Numbered from the stretch's first letter, positions 1-13,108 are shown. The stretch: 64,000 nt of DNA from Mobula hypostoma (GCF_963921235.1 NC_086098.1:124001-188000); one strand, 5' to 3'. Notes: a model not told the origin generated them from the sequence alone. Numbers and translations are program-made.

Positions 1-257
1 AAAAACACGATATTTCCTTCCATTGTTATGCTGACGACACATAGCTTTATTTCCTCTTGAAACCAAAAGATCAGTCAAATCTAGTCAGCCTCACGAACTG
101 CCTTGAGGACATAAAGTGTTGAATGGCACAAAACTTCCTACTGCTGAATGAAGGCAAGTCTGAAGTTGTCCTATTTGGTCCCCCTGACTCCATCAAAGTG
201 ATTACCAATAGTCTTGGTAACCTGTCCACCCTTGTCAAACCCCATGTCAAAAACCTT

Positions 258-293
258 GGTCCTGACGAAGGGTCTCGGCCTGAAACGTCGACT
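258..293 (+). ncRNA. Minimal type-I hammerhead ribozyme motif (Penelope-type)
   Basis: GGTC-CTGACGA-A-GGGT-CTCG-GCCT-GAAAC-GTC-GACT: conserved core, stem I and stem II, and a palindromic ACGT in place of stem III. Confidence 0.75.
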
Positions 294-356
294 GTACCTC
301 TTCCTAGAGATGCTGCCTGGCCTGCTGCATTCACCAGCAACTTTGATGTGTGTTGC
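260..356 (+). mobile_element. 97-nt Penelope-like pseudo-LTR fragment inserted in the L2
   Basis: Near-identical to 14706-14801. Removing it restores the L2 frame K-N-L-G-V-I-F-D-S. Confidence 0.85.
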
Positions 357-1102
357 TGTGATATTTGATTCTGCCTTTAAGTTTAACAACCAAGTTAATG
401 CAGTAGTAAAAGCCTGTTTTTGCCAGCTTCGTACTATTGTCAAAATCAAGTCGTTTCTCTCTTTCAAAGATCTTGAGAAAGTCATTCACGCCCTTATATC
501 CTCCCGCTTGGACTACTCCAACTCCCTGTATACTGGGATTAGTCAGTTGTCCCTGTCCCGTCTGCAACTGGTCTAAAATGCCGCAGCCACGCTCCTGACA
601 GGTGCCCGGAAGAGGGACCATATTACTCCTATCCTGGCCTCCCTCCACTGGCTGCCAGTACAGTTTAGAATTGATTTTAAGGTTCTCCTGTTTGTTTTTA
701 AAGCCCTAAATGGCCTGCACCCCCCCCCCTTATATCACAGACCCTTCTAACCCCTTATTCTACTTCCAGGTCCCTCAGGTCAGCTGACTTGGGGCTCCTG
801 GCTGTCCCGCGATCTAAATTTCAGTTCGGGGATGACCGCGCCTTTGCTATTGTAGCTCCTAGACTGTGGAACAGCATTCCCCTTGCTATCAGATCTGCCC
901 CCTCCATTGACTCTTTTAAATCCAGGCTCAAAACTTAACTTTATTCACTAGCGTTTGAATCTTCCTGATGTTGCTGATTTTTTGGCTTGTGCTTAGGCTC
1001 ATGTGTTGTTTATTTTGTGCCTATAAGCTGTGTGCCTTGTTGTTTATATCTGTGTTTCTTCTATTTGTGATTTTAGCTACCTGTTATGGATTGTACAGCA
1101 CT

Positions 1103-3523
1103 TAGACAATAGACAATAGACAATAGGTGCAGAAGTAGACCATTTGGCCCTTCGAGCCTGCACCGCCATTCTGAGATCATGGCTGATCATCTACTATCAA
1201 TACCCGGTTCCTGCCTTGTCCCCATAACCCTTGATTCCCCTATCCATAAGATACCTATCTAGCTCCTTCTTGAAAGCATCCAGAGAATTGGCCTCCACTG
1301 CCTTCTGAGGCAGCGCGTTCCACACCTCCACAACTCTCTGGGAGAAGAAGTTCCTCCTCAACTCTGTCCTAAATGACCTACCCATTCTTAAACCACGCCC
1401 TCTGGTACTGGACTCTCCCAGCATCTGGAACATATTTCCTGCCTCTATCTTGTCCAATCCCTTAATAATCTTACATGTCTCAATCAGATCCCCCCTCAAT
1501 CTCCTTAATTCCAGCGTGTACAAGCCCAGTCTCTCTAACCTCTCTGCGTAAGACAGTCCGGACATCCCAGGAATTAACCTAGTGAACCTGCGCTGCACCT
1601 CCTCCACAGCCAGGATGTCCTTCCTTAACCCTGGAGACCAAAACTGCACACAATACTCCAGGTGTGGTCTCACCAGGGCCCTGTACAAATGCAAAAGGAT
1701 TTCCTTGCTCTTGTACTCAATTCCCTTTGTAATAAAGGCTAACATTCCATTAGCCTTCTTCACTGCCTGCTGCACTTGCTCATTCACATTCAGAGACTGA
1801 TGAACAAGTACTCCTAGATCTCTTTGTATTTCTCCCTTACCTAACTCCACACTGTTCAGATAATAATCTGCCTTCCTGTTCTTGCTCCCAAAGTGAATAA
1901 CCTCACACTTATTCACATTAAATGCCATCTGCCAAGTTTCTGCCCACTCACCCAGCCTATCCAATTCTCCTAACATCCTCATCACGTCACACTGCCACCC
2001 AGCTTAGTATCATCAGCAAACTTGCTGATGTTATTCACAATGCCTTCCTCTAAGTCAATGATGTAAATTGTAAACAGCTGTGGTCCCAATACCAAGCGCT
2101 GTGGCACCCCACTAGTCACCATCTGCCATTCCGAGAAACACCCATTCACTGCTACCCTTTGCTTTCTATCTGCCAACCAGTTTTCTATCCATGTCAATAT
2201 CCTCCCCTCAATGCCATGAGCTCTGATTTTACCCACCAATCTCCTATGTGGTACCTTATCAAATGCCTTCTGAAAGTCAAGGTACACCACATCCACTGGA
2301 TCTCCCGCGTCTATCTTCCTGGTTACATCCTCGAAAAACTCCAATAGATTAGTCAAGCATGATTTGCCCTTGGTAAATCCATGCTGGCTCGGCCCAATCT
2401 TATCACTGCTATCAAGATATGCCGCTATTTCATATTTAATAATGGACTCTAGCATCTTCCCCACTACTGATGTTAGGCTAACAGGGCGATAGTTCTCTGT
2501 TTTCTCCCTCCCTCCTTTCTTAAAAAGTGGGATAACATTAGCCATTCGCCAATCCTCAGGAACTGATCCTGAATCTAAGGAACATTGGAAAATGATCACC
2601 AATGCATCCACAATTTCCAGAGTCACCTCCTTTAGTACCCTAGGATGCAGACCATCTGGACCTGGGGATTTGTTAGCCTTCAGTCCCATCAGTCTACTCA
2701 TCACCGTTTCCTTCCTAATGTCATTCTGTTTCAGTTCCTCTGTTACCCTATGTCCTTGGCCCATCCATACATCTGGGAGATTGCTTGTGTCTTCCCTAGT
2801 GAAGACAGATCCAAAGTACTTATTACATTTGTCTGCCATTTCTCTGTTTCCCATAACAATTTCTCCCAATTCATTCTTCAAGGGCCCAACATTGATCTTA
2901 ACTATCTTCCTTCTCTTCACATAACCTAAAAAAAACTTTTGCTATCCTCCTTTATATTCCTAGCTAGCTTGCATTCATACCTCATTTTTTCTCCCCGTAT
3001 TGCCTTTTTAGTTAAGTTCTGTTGCTCCTTAAGAATTTCCCAATCATCCGTCTTCCCACTCACCTTAGCTCTGTTATACTTCTTTTTTAATGCTATGCTA
3101 TCTCTGACTTCCTTTGTCAACCACTGTGGCCACTTTCCCCCCTTTGAATCCTTCCTTCTCAGGGGGATGAACTGATTTTCAACCTTGTGCATTATTCCCA
3201 AGAATTCCTGCCATTGATGTTCCACTGTCTTTTCTGCTAGGATATCCGACCAGTCAACTTTGGCCAGCTCCTCCCTCATGGCTCCACAGTCTCCTTTGTT
3301 CAACTGCAATACTGACACTTCTGATCTGCCCTTATCCCTCTCAACTTGCAGATAAGAACTTATCATATTATGGTCACTACCTCCTAATGGCTCCTTTACT
3401 TCAAGATCACTTATCAAATCCTGTTCATTGCACAACACTAAATCCAGAATAGCCTTATCCCTGGTCGGCTCTCGTACAAGCTGCTCCAAAAATGCATCCT
3501 GTAGGCACTCTACAAACTGCCTA
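1103..3523 (-). mobile_element. CR1 LINE, 5'-truncated, frameshifted ORF2
   Basis: ORFs 2926-3489 (EN C-terminus LDLVL/SDH), 1982-2920 ([14 protein letters not shown]) and 1197-1985. The (AGACAAT)n tail is at 1104-1124. Confidence 0.95.
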
Positions 3524-3580
3524 TCAACATGAGTTGTTTTTAAATGTGCTTTGTAAATAAATTTGACTCGACTTGACTTA
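3524..3580 (+). mobile_element. L2 3' terminus, continuing 1-1102
   Basis: gttgtttttaaatgtgctttgtaaataaatttgactcgacttgactt matches the L2 end also seen in reverse at 19601-19670. Confidence 0.75.
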
Positions 3581-3584
3581 TTTT

Positions 3585-4190
3585 ATCATGGGTCTCCAAG
3601 TACCCCAAAGCCTCATCGTTAGCACTTTCCCAACCATTGAGTTTAGGCTAACTGGCCTATAATTTCCTTTCTTTTGCCTTCATCCCTTCTGAAAGAGTGG
3701 AGTGACATCTGCAGTCTTCCAGTCCTCTGAGACTATGGCAGAATCAAGTGATTCCTGAAAGATCATGACCAATGTATCTGTTATCTCTTCAGCAAGCTCT
3801 CTCAGAACTCTGAGATGTAGACTATCTGGTCCAGGTGACTTATTCACCTTAAGACCTTTGAGTTTTCCTTTGTAATAGCAATGGCACTCACTTATGCTCC
3901 CTGACACTCACGGACCTCTGGCACACTGCTGGTGTCTTCCACAGTGAAGATAGATGCAAAGTACCCATTAAGTTCATCTCCCAATTCTTTGTTCCCTATT
4001 ACCATAAGACCATAAGACATAGGAGCAAAATTAGGCCATCAAATCTGCTCTGCCATTCAATCATGGCTAATCCTTTTTCCTCTCCTTGACCCCATTCCCT
4101 GGCATTATCCCCATAACCTTTGATGCCATGTCCGATCAAGAACCTATCAACATCTACCTTAAATATACACAACGACCTGGCCTCCACAGG
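3585..4190 (-). mobile_element. Two decayed CR1 fragments (RT N-terminal part and a 3' end)
   Basis: KSPGPD...EDWKTADVTPLF, and a 3' end ...GIKGYG with an (ACCATAAG)n tail. Confidence 0.8.
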
Positions 4191-4194
4191 TACC

Positions 4195-5560
4195 TAGAAA
4201 CATAGAAAACCGACAGCACAATGCAGGCCCTTCGGCCCACAATGCTGTGCCGAACATGTACTTACTTTAGAAATTACCTAGGCTTACCCATAGCTCTCTA
4301 TTTTTCTAAGCTCCATGTACCTTTCCAAGAGACCCTATCATATTTGCCTCCACCATTGTCGCCAACAGCCCATTCCATGAACTCACCACTCTCTGCGTAA
4401 AAAACTTACCCGACATTTCCTCTGTACCTATTTCCAAGCACCTTAAAACTGTGCCCTCTTGTGTTAGTCATTTCAGCCCTGGGAAAAAGCCTCTGACTAT
4501 CCACACGATCAATACCTCTCATCATCTTATACACCTTTATCAGGTCACCTCTCATCTTCCGTTGCTCCAAGGAGAAAAGGCCAAGTTCACTCAAACTATT
4601 CTCATAAGGCATGCTCTCCAATTCAGGCAACATCCTTGTAAAATCTCCTCTGCATCCTTTCTATAGTTTCCACATCCTTCCTGTTGTGAGGTGACCAGGA
4701 CTGAGCACAGTACTCCAAGTGGGGTCAGACCAGGGCCTTATATAGCTGTAATATTACCATTCGTCTTTTAAACTCAATCCCATGATTGATGAAGGCCAAT
4801 GCACTGTATGCCTTCTTAACCACAGAGTCAACCTGCGCAGCAGCTTTGAGTGTCCTATGGACTCAGACCCCAAGATCCCTCTGATCCTCCACACTGCCAA
4901 GAGACTTACCATTAATACTATATTCTACCATCGTATTTGATGTACCAAAATGAAACACCTCACACTTATCGGTTGAACTCCGTCTGCCACTTCTCAGCCC
5001 AGTTTTGCATCCTATCAATGTCCTGCTGTAACCTCTGACAGCCTTACACACTATCCAGAACACCCCCAACCTTTGGTTCATCTGGAAATTTACTAACCCA
5101 TCCCACCACTTCCTCAACCAGGTCATTTATAAAAATCACGAAGAACAAGGGTCCCAGAACAGATCCCTGAGGCAGACCACTGGTCACTGACCTCCATGCA
5201 GAATATGACCCATCTACAACCACACTTTGTCTTCTGTGGGCAAGCCAGTTCTGGATCCACAAAGCAATGTCCCCTTGGATCCTATGCCTCCTTACGTTCT
5301 CAAGAAGCCTTGCATGGGGTATCTTGTCAAATGCCTTGCTGAAATCCATATATACGAAATTTACTGCTCAACCTTCATCAATATGTTTAGTCACATCCTC
5401 AAAAAAATCAATCAGGCTCCTAAGGCACGACCTGCCTTTGACAAAGCCATGCTGACTTTTCCTAATCATATTATGCCTCTCCAAATGATCATAAATCCTG
5501 CCTTTCAGAATCTTCTCCATCAACTTACCAACCACTGAAGTAAGGCTCACTGGTCGATAA
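4195..5560 (-). mobile_element. CR1 LINE RT fragment
   Basis: [20 protein letters not shown] and PQGSVLGP, broken by frameshifts. TAGAAACA tail at the left end. Confidence 0.9.
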
Positions 5561-6240
5561 TGAGACAGGGAAAGGATGGTAGGGTACAGGACCCATGGTG
5601 TACAAAGGATGTTGAAAATCTAGTCAAGAAGAAAAGAAGAGTTTACGAAAGGATCAAAAACTAGGTAATGACAGAGATCTAGAAAATTATAAGGCCAGTA
5701 GACAGGAGCTTAAGAATGAAATTAGGAGAGCCAGAAGGGGCCATGAGAAGCCCTTGGTGAGCAGGATTAAATATGACGGCAAATACAGTATTAATGGTAA
5801 AACTCTTGGCAGTGTGGAGGATCAGAGGGATCTTGGGGTCTCTGTCCATAGGACACTCAAAGTTGCTGTGCAGGTTGACTGTGTGATTAAGAAGGTAGAC
5901 AGTGCATTGGCCTTCATCAACCAAGGGATTGAGTTCAAGAGCTGAGAGGTAATGTTACAGCTGTACAGGACCCTGGTCAGACCCCACTTGGTGTACTTTG
6001 CTCAGTTTTGGTCACCTCACTACAGGAAAGATGTGGAAACTATAGAAAGGGTGTAGAGGAAATTTACAAGGATTTTGCCTGGATTGCGGGACATGCCTTA
6101 TGAGAATAGGTTGAGTGAACTTGGCCTTTTCTCCTTGGAACGACAAAGAATGAGAGGTGACCTATTAGTGGTGTATAAGATGATGACAGGCATTCATCGT
6201 ATGGATAGTCAGAGGCTTTTTCCCAGGGCTGAAATGGCTA
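5561..6240 (+). mobile_element. CR1 fragment, internally deleted; continues at 9645-9930
   Basis: RDLGV and ELGLFSLERQRMRGD. The sequence ...ATGGCTAAC rejoins CTAACACGAGAGCA at ~9646. Confidence 0.85.
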
Positions 6241-9200
6241 ACCATAGAAACCATAGAAACTACAGCACAGAAACAGGCCTTTTGGCCCTTCTTGGCTGTG
6301 CCGAATCATTTTCTGCCTAGTCCCACTGACCTGCACACGGACCATATCCCTCCATACACCTCCCATCCATGTATCTGTCCAATTTATTCTTAAATGTTAA
6401 AAAAGAACCCGCATTTACCACCTCGTCTGGCAGCTCATTCCATACTCCCACCACTCTCTGTGTGAAGAAGCCCCCCCTAATGTTCCCTTTAAACTTTTCC
6501 CCCTCACCCTTAACCCATGTCCTCTGGTTTTTTTCTCCCCTTGCCTCAGTGGAAAAAGTCTGCTTGCATTCACTCTATCTATGCCCATCATAATTTTATA
6601 TACCTCTATCAAATCTCCCCTCATTCTTCTACGCTCCAGGGAATTAAGTCCTAACCTATTCAACCTTTCTCTGTAACTGAGTTTCTCAAGTCCCGGCAAC
6701 ATCCTTGTAAACCTTCTCTGCACTCTTTCAACCTTATTTATATCCTTCCTGTAATTTGGTGACCAAAACTGAACACAATACTCCAGATTCGGCCTCACCA
6801 ATGCCTTATACAACCTCATAATAACACTCCAGCTCTTATACTCAATACTTCGATTAATAAAGGCCAATGTACCAAAAGCTCTCTTTATGACCCTATCTAC
6901 CTGTGACAACACCTTTAGGTAATTTTGTATCTGTATTCCCAGATCCCTCTGTTCCACTGCACTCCTCAGTGCCTTACCATTAACCCTGTATGTTCTACGT
7001 TGGTTTGTCCTTCAACGTGCAATACCTCACACTTGTCTGTATTAAACTCCATCTGCCATTTTACAGCCCATTTTTCCAGCTGGTCCAAGTCCCTCTGCAG
7101 GCTCTGAAAACCTTCCTCACTGTCTACTACACCTCCAATCTTTGTATCATCAACAAACTTGCTGATCCAATTTACCACATTATCATCCAGATCATTGATA
7201 TAGATGACAAATAACAATGGACCCAGCACTGATCCCTGTGGCACACCACTAGTCACAGGCCTCCACTCAGAGAAGCAATTCTCTACCACCACTCTCTGGC
7301 TTCTTCCATCGAGCCAATGTCTAATCCAATTTACCACCTCTCCATGTATACCTAGTGACTGAATTTTCCTAACTAACCTCCCATGCGGGACCTTGTCAAA
7401 GGCCTTACTGAAGTCCATGTAGACAATATCCACTGCCTTCCCTTCATCCACTTTCCTGGTAACCTCCTTGAAAAACTCCAACAGATTGGTCAAACATGAC
7501 CTACCACGCACAAAGCCATGTTGACTCTCCCTAATAAGCCCCTGTCTATCCAAATGCTTGTAGATTCTGTCTCTTAGTACTCCCTCCAATAACTTACCTA
7601 CTACTGACGTTAAACTCACCGGCCTATAATTTCCCGGATTACTTTTCGATCCTTTTTTAAACAACGGAACAACATGAGCCACTCTCCAATCCTCCAGCAC
7701 TTCACCCGTAGACAGTGACATTTTAAATATTTCTGCCAGGGCCCCCGCAATTTCAACACTAGTCTCCTTCAAGGTCCGAGGGAACACTCTGTCAGGTCCC
7801 GGGGATTTATCCACTTTAATTTTTCTCAAGACAGCAAGCACCTCCTCCTTTTCAATTTGTACAGTTTCCATGGTCTCACTACTTGATTCCCTCAATTCCA
7901 TAGATTTCATGCCAGCTTCCTTAGTAAATACAGACGCAAAAAACCTATTTAAGATCTCCCCCATTTCCTTTGGTTCCGCACAAAGCCGACCACTCTGATC
8001 TTCAAGAGGACCAATTTTATCCCTTACAATCCTTTTGCTCTTAATATACTTGTAAAAGCTCTTTGGATTATCCTTCACTTTGACTGCCAAGGCAACCTCA
8101 TGTCTTCTTTTTGCCCTCCTGATTTCTTTCTTAAGTATTTTCTTGCACTTCTTATACTCCTCAAGCACCTGATTTACCCCCTGTTTCCTATACATTTCAT
8201 ACAACTCTCTCTTCTTCTTTATCAGAGTTGCAATATCCCTTGAGAACCAAGGTTCCTTATTCCTATTCAATTTGCCTTTAATCCTGACAGGAACATACAA
8301 ACTCTGTACTCTCAAAATTTCCCCTTTGAAGGCTTCCCTACCTACCAATCACATCTTTGCTAGAGAACAACCTGTCCCAATCCATGCTTTTTAGATCCTT
8401 TCTCATTTCTTCAAATTTGGCCTTCTTCCAGTTCAGAACCTCAACCCTAGGACCAGATCTATCCTTGTCCATGATCAAATTGAAACTAATGGTGTTATGA
8501 TCACAAGAACCAAAGTGCTCCCCTACACACACTTCCGTCATTTGCCCTAATTCGTTTCCTAACAGGAGATCCAATATTGCATCCCCTCTAGTTGGTCCCT
8601 CTATATACTGATTTAGAAAACTTTCCTGAACACATTTTACAAACTCTAAACCATTTAGACCCCTAACAGTATGGGAGTCCCAATCAATGTATGGAAAATT
8701 AAAATCCCCTACCACCACAACTTTATGTTTCCTGCAGTTGCCTGCTATCTCTCTACAGATTTGCTCTTCCAAGTCTCATTGACTATTGGGTGGTCTGTAA
8801 TACAATCCCACTAATGTGGCCGTACCTTTCCTGTTTCTCAGCTCCACCCATAAGGACTCAGTAGACAAGCCCTCTAATCACTGCTGTAATATTTTCCCTA
8901 ACAAACAATGCTACTCCCCCACCTTTCATTCCTCTGCCTCAATCACATCTGAAACATCAGAACCCTGGAATATTAAGCTGCCAGTCCTGCCCCTCCTGTA
9001 GCCAAGTTTCACTAATTGCTACAACATCATAATTCCACGTGTCAATCCACGCCCTCAACTCATCCGCCTTCCCCGCAATACTCCTAGCATTGAAATATAT
9101 ACACCTCAGAAGATTTTTACCACCACTCACAACCTTTCTATCAGCGGATTTGCTTAAACCTTCAATATCATTTATTTTCACCCCAGCCACACTGTCAGCT

Positions 9201-9640
9201 CTGGCACTCTGGTTCCCATCCCCCTGAAAATCTAGTTTAAAGCCTCCCCAATAGCACTAACAAACCTCCCTGAAAGGATATTGGTCCCCCTGTGGTTCAA
9301 GTGTAACCCGTCTCTCTTGTACAGGTCCCACTTGCCCCAGAAGAGGTCCCCATGATCCTGAAATCTGAAACCCTTCCCCCTACACCAGTTCCTCAGCCAC
9401 TTGTTCCTCCTCCAGAGCATCCTATTCCTACCCTTACTGGCACCTAGCACAGGTAGCAATCCTGAGATTACCACCCTCGAGGTCCTGCTTTTCAACTTCC
9501 TACCAAGCTCTCTATACTCACTGTCCAGGACCTCTTCACTCTTCCTTGCTATGTCATTGGTCCTGATGTGCACCACGACATCTGGCTGGTCACCCTCCCA
9601 CTTCAGAATGTCATGCAATTGATCAGAGACATCCTTGACC
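6241..9640 (-). mobile_element. CR1 LINE with ORF1 esterase C-terminal part, APE endonuclease and RT (frameshifted)
   Basis: VVVHIRTND (ORF1), YFNARS/ISETW/VGDFN (EN), 460-aa RT ORF at 6966-8348, ACCATAGAA tail. Confidence 0.95.
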
Positions 9641-9644
9641 CCGA

Positions 9645-9930
9645 CCCTAACACGAGAGCACACAGTTTTAAGGTGCTTGGAAGTAGGTACAGAGGGGATG
9701 TCAGGGGTAAGTTTTTTAGGCAGAGAGTGGTGAGTTCATGGAATGGAATGCTGGCGACAGTGGTGGGGGCGGATACAATAGGGTCTTTTAAGAGGCTCCT
9801 GGATAGGTACAGGTAGCTTAGAAAAATAGAGGGCTATGGGTAACCCTTGGTAATTTCTAAAGTAAGTACATGTTTGACACAGCATTGTGGGCTGAAGGAC
9901 CTGTATTATGCTGTATATTTTCTATGTTTC
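9645..9930 (+). mobile_element. CR1 3' end, continuing 5561-6240
   Basis: GKFFRQRVV..WN...GSFKRLLD followed by the 3' UTR. Confidence 0.8.
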
Positions 9931-9987
9931 GATGTTTACTCTGTCTCGACTTTTCAGAATTTGAATGGTTTCAATGAGATCCCTCCT

Positions 9988-10751
9988 CATAGAAACATAG
10001 AAAATAGGTGCAGGAGTAGGCCATTCGGCCCTTCGAGCCTGCACTGCCATTCAGTATGATCATGGCTGATCATCCAACTCAGAACCCTGTACCAGCCTTC
10101 CCTCCATACCCCCTGACCCCTTTAGCCATCAGGGCCATATCTAACTCCCTCTTAAATATAGCCAATGAACTGGCCTCAACTATTTCCTGTGGCAGAGAAT
10201 TCCACAGATTCACCACTCTCTGTGTGAAGAAGTTTTTCCTAATCTCGGTCCTAAAAGGCTCCCCCTTTATCCTTAAACTGTGACCCCTCGTTCTGGACTT
10301 CTCCAACATCGGGAACAATCTTCCTGCATCTAGCCTGTCTAATCCCTTTAGGATTTTACACGTTTCAATAAGATCCCCCCTCAATCTTCTAAATTCCAAC
10401 GAGTATAAGCCTAGTCGATCCAGTCTTTCATCATATGAAAGTCCTGCCATCCCAGGAATCAATCTGGTGAACCTTCTTTGTCCTCCCTCTATGGCAAGGA
10501 TGTCTTTCCTCAGATTAGGGGACCAAAACTGCACACAATACTCCAGGTGTTGTCTCACCAAGGCCTTGTACAACTGCAGTAGTACCTCCCTGCTCCTGTA
10601 CTCGAATCCTCTTGCTATGAATGCCACCATACCATTCGCCTTTTTCTTCGCCTGCTGTACCTGCATGCCCACTTTCAATGACTGGTGTATAATGACTCCC
10701 AGGTCTCGTTGCACCTCCCCTTTTCCTAATCGGCCACCATTCAGATGATAA
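9988..10751 (-). mobile_element. CR1 3' part; host of the Penelope-like palindrome, resumes at 14846
   Basis: RDLGV...LEYCVQFWSP...QRVVNLWNSLP; colinear with the copy at 42893-43640. Confidence 0.93.
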
Positions 10752-10813
10752 CAACACACATCAAAGTTGCTGGTGAACGCAGCAGGCCAGGCAGCATCTA
10801 TAGGAAGAGGCGC

Positions 10814-10849
10814 AGTCGACGTTTCAGGCCGAGACCCTTCGTCAGGACT
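10814..10849 (-). ncRNA. Minimal hammerhead ribozyme motif in the PLE pseudo-LTR
   Basis: Reverse complement reads AGTC-CTGACGA-AGGGTCTCGGCCT-GAAAC-GTC-GACT. Confidence 0.75.
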
Positions 10850-11145
10850 AACTGAAGGAAGAGTGAGTAAGGGATTTGAAAGCTGGAGGGGGAGGGGGAG
10901 ATGCAAAATGATAGGAGAAGACAGGAGGGGGAGGGATAGAGCCGAGAGCTGGACAGGTGATAGGCAAAAGGGGATATGAGAGGATCATGGGACAGGAGGT
11001 CCGGGAAGAAAGACGGGGGTGGGGGGGTGACCCAGAGGATGGGCAAGAGGTATATTCAGAGGGACAGAGGGAGAAAAAGGAGAGTGAGAGAAAGAATGTG
11101 TGCATAAAAATGAGTAACAGCTGGGGTACGAGGGGGAGGTGGGGC

Positions 11146-13104
11146 CTAGCGGAAGTTAGAGAAGTCAATGTTCATGCCATCAGGTTGGAGGCTACCCAGA
11201 CGGAATATAAGGTGTTGTTCCTCCAACCTGAGTGTGGCTTCATCTTTACAGTAGAGGAGGCCATGGATAGACATGTCAGAATGGGAATGGGATGTGGAAT
11301 TAAAATGTGTGGCCACTGGGAGATCCTGCTTTCTCTGGCGGACAGAGCGTAGATGTTCAGCAAAGCGGTCTCCCAGTCTGCGTCGGGTCTCACCAATATA
11401 TAAAAGGCCACATCGGGAGCACCGGACGCAGTATATCACCCCAGTCGACTCACAGGTGAAGTGATGCCTCACCTGGAAGGACTGTTTGGGGCCCTGAATG
11501 GTGGTAAGGGAGGAAGTGTAAGGGCATGTGTAGCACTTGTTCCGCTTACACGGATAAGTGCCAGGAGGGAGATCAGTGGGGAGGGATGGGGGGGACGAAT
11601 GGACAAGGGAGTTGTGTAGGGAGCGATCCCTGCAGAATGCAGAGAGAGGGGGGGAGGGAAAGATATGCTTAGTGGTGGGATCCCGTTGGAGGTGGCGGAA
11701 GTTACGGAGAATAATATGTTGGACCTGGAGGCTGGTGGGGTGGTAGGTGAGGACCAGGGGAACCCTATTCCTAGTGGGGTGGTGGGAGGATGGAGTGAGA
11801 GCAGATGTACGTGAAATGGGGGAGATGCGTTTAAGAGCAGAGTTGATAGTGGAGGAAGGGAAGCCCCTTTCTTTAAAAAATGAAGACATCTCCCTCGTCC
11901 TAGAATGAAAAGCCTCATCCTGAGAGCAGATGTGGCGGAGATGGAGGAATTGCGAGAAGGGGATGGCATTTTTGCAAGAGACAGGGTGAGAAGAGGAATA
12001 GTCCAGATAGCTGTGAGAGTCAGTAGGCTTATGGTAGACATCAGTGGATAAGCTGTCTCCAGAGACAGAGACAGAAAGATCTAGAAAGGGGAGGGAGGTG
12101 TCGGAAATGGACCAGGTAAACTTGAGGGCAGGGTGAAAGTTGGAGGCAAAGTTAATAAAGTCAACGAGTTCTGCATGCGTGCAGGAAGCAGCGCCAATGC
12201 AGTCGTCGATGTAGCGAAGGAAAAGTGGGGGACAGATACCAGAATAGGCACGGAACATAGATTGTTCCACAAACCCAACAAAAAGGCAGGCATAGCTAGG
12301 ACCCATACGGGTGCCCATAGCTACACCTTTAGTTTGGAGGAAATGGGAGGAGCAAAAGGAGAAATTATTAAGAGTAAGGACTAATTCCGCTAGACGGAGC
12401 AGAGTGGTGGTAGAGGGGAACTGATTAGGTCTGGAATCCAAAAAGAAGCGTAGAGCTTTGAGACCTTCCTGATGGGGGATGGAAGTATATAAGGACTGGA
12501 CATCCATGGTGAAAATAAAGCGGTGGGGGCCAGGGAACTTAAAATCATCGAAAAGTTTAAGAGCGTGAGAAGTGTCACGAACATAGGTCGGAAGGGATTG
12601 AACAAGGGGTGATAAAACAGTGTCGAGGTATGCAGAAACGAGTTCGGTGGGGCAGGAGCAAGCTGAGACAATAGGTCGGCCAGGACAGGCAGGTTTGTGG
12701 ATCTTGGGTAGGAAGTAGAAACGGGAAGTGCGGGGTGTGGGAACTATAAGGTTGGTAGCAGTGGATGGGAGATCCCCTGAGCGGATAAAGTCGTTGATAG
12801 TGTGGGAGACAATGGCCTGGTGCTCCTTAGTGGGGTCACGATCGAGGGGTAAATAAGAGGAGGTATCCGCGAGTTGTCGCTGTGCCTCAGCAAGGTAGAG
12901 GTCAGTACGCCAGATTACAACAGCACCCCCTTTATCAGCGGGTTTGATAATAATGTTAGGATTAGTGCGGAGGGAGTGGAGAGCAGAGCGTTCCGAAGGA
13001 GTGATGTTGGAATGGGGACAAGGTGCGGTGAAGTCGAGACGGTTGATGTCCCGTCGGCAGTTGGCAATAAAGAGATCCAGAGCAGGCAGAAGACCAGAGC
13101 GGGG
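11146..13104 (-). CDS. PLE reverse transcriptase plus GIY-YIG endonuclease, 5'-truncated but stop-free (~652 codons)
   Basis: Manual translation upstream of the ORF-track Met stays open: IKPADKG, FYFLPKIHK, GRPIVS, MDVQSLYT, GVAMG, RYIDD, a CKRNKCYTC linker, VIYCVRC..CGLLYIGET and GMN. Confidence 0.9.
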   Translation of the reverse strand, partial: PRSGLLPALDLFIANCRRDINRLDFTAPCPHSNITPSERSALHSLRTNPNIIIKPADKGGAVVIWRTDLYLAEAQRQLADTSSYLPLDRDPTKEHQAIVSHTINDFIRSGDLPSTATNLIVPTPRTSRFYFLPKIHKPACPGRPIVSACSCPTELVSAYLDTVLSPLVQSLPTYVRDTSHALKLFDDFKFPGPHRFIFTMDVQSLYTSIPHQEGLKALRFFLDSRPNQFPSTTTLLRLAELVLTLNNFSFCSSHFLQTKGVAMGTRMGPSYACLFVGFVEQSMFRAYSGICPPLFLRYIDDCIGAASCTHAELVDFINFASNFHPALKFTWSISDTSLPFLDLSVSVSGDSLSTDVYHKPTDSHSYLDYSSSHPVSCKNAIPFSQFLHLRHICSQDEAFHSRTREMSSFFKERGFPSSTINSALKRISPISRTSALTPSSHHPTRNRVPLVLTYHPTSLQVQHIILRNFRHLQRDPTTKHIFPSPPLSAFCRDRSLHNSLVHSSPPSLPTDLPPGTYPCKRNKCYTCPYTSSLTTIQGPKQSFQVRHHFTCESTGVIYCVRCSRCGLLYIGETRRRLGDRFAEHLRSVRQRKQDLPVATHFNSTSHSHSDMSIHGLLYCKDEATLRLEEQHLIFRLGSLQPDGMNIDFSNFR

Positions 13105-13108
13105 TGAT

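Larger units (their letters stand above)
1..1102 (+). mobile_element. L2-clade LINE, 3' part of ORF2 (RT) plus 3' UTR, decayed
   Basis: HCYADDT at ~21-41, then VKNLG/VIFDS, SRLDYSNSL and NAAA..L...RDHITPILASLHWLPV.FRIDFK, with stops. Interrupted by a hammerhead cassette (260-356) and by a CR1 at 1103. The 3' tail resumes at 3524. Confidence 0.85.

Noticed and set aside
1104..1124. Short tandem repeats (also 17956, 21329, 37075) as CRISPR-like arrays
   Set aside because: They are 6-9-nt units with no spacers and are the microsatellite tails of LINEs.
10079..10906. 275-aa ORF as a novel fusion gene
   Set aside because: It is chance read-through from the PLE pseudo-LTR into CR1 ORF2 at the insertion junction.
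11469..12041. Pro/Ser/Leu-rich alternative-frame ORFs repeated in all PLE copies
   Set aside because: The C-rich strand bias depletes stop codons, and the recurrence only reflects near-identical copies.
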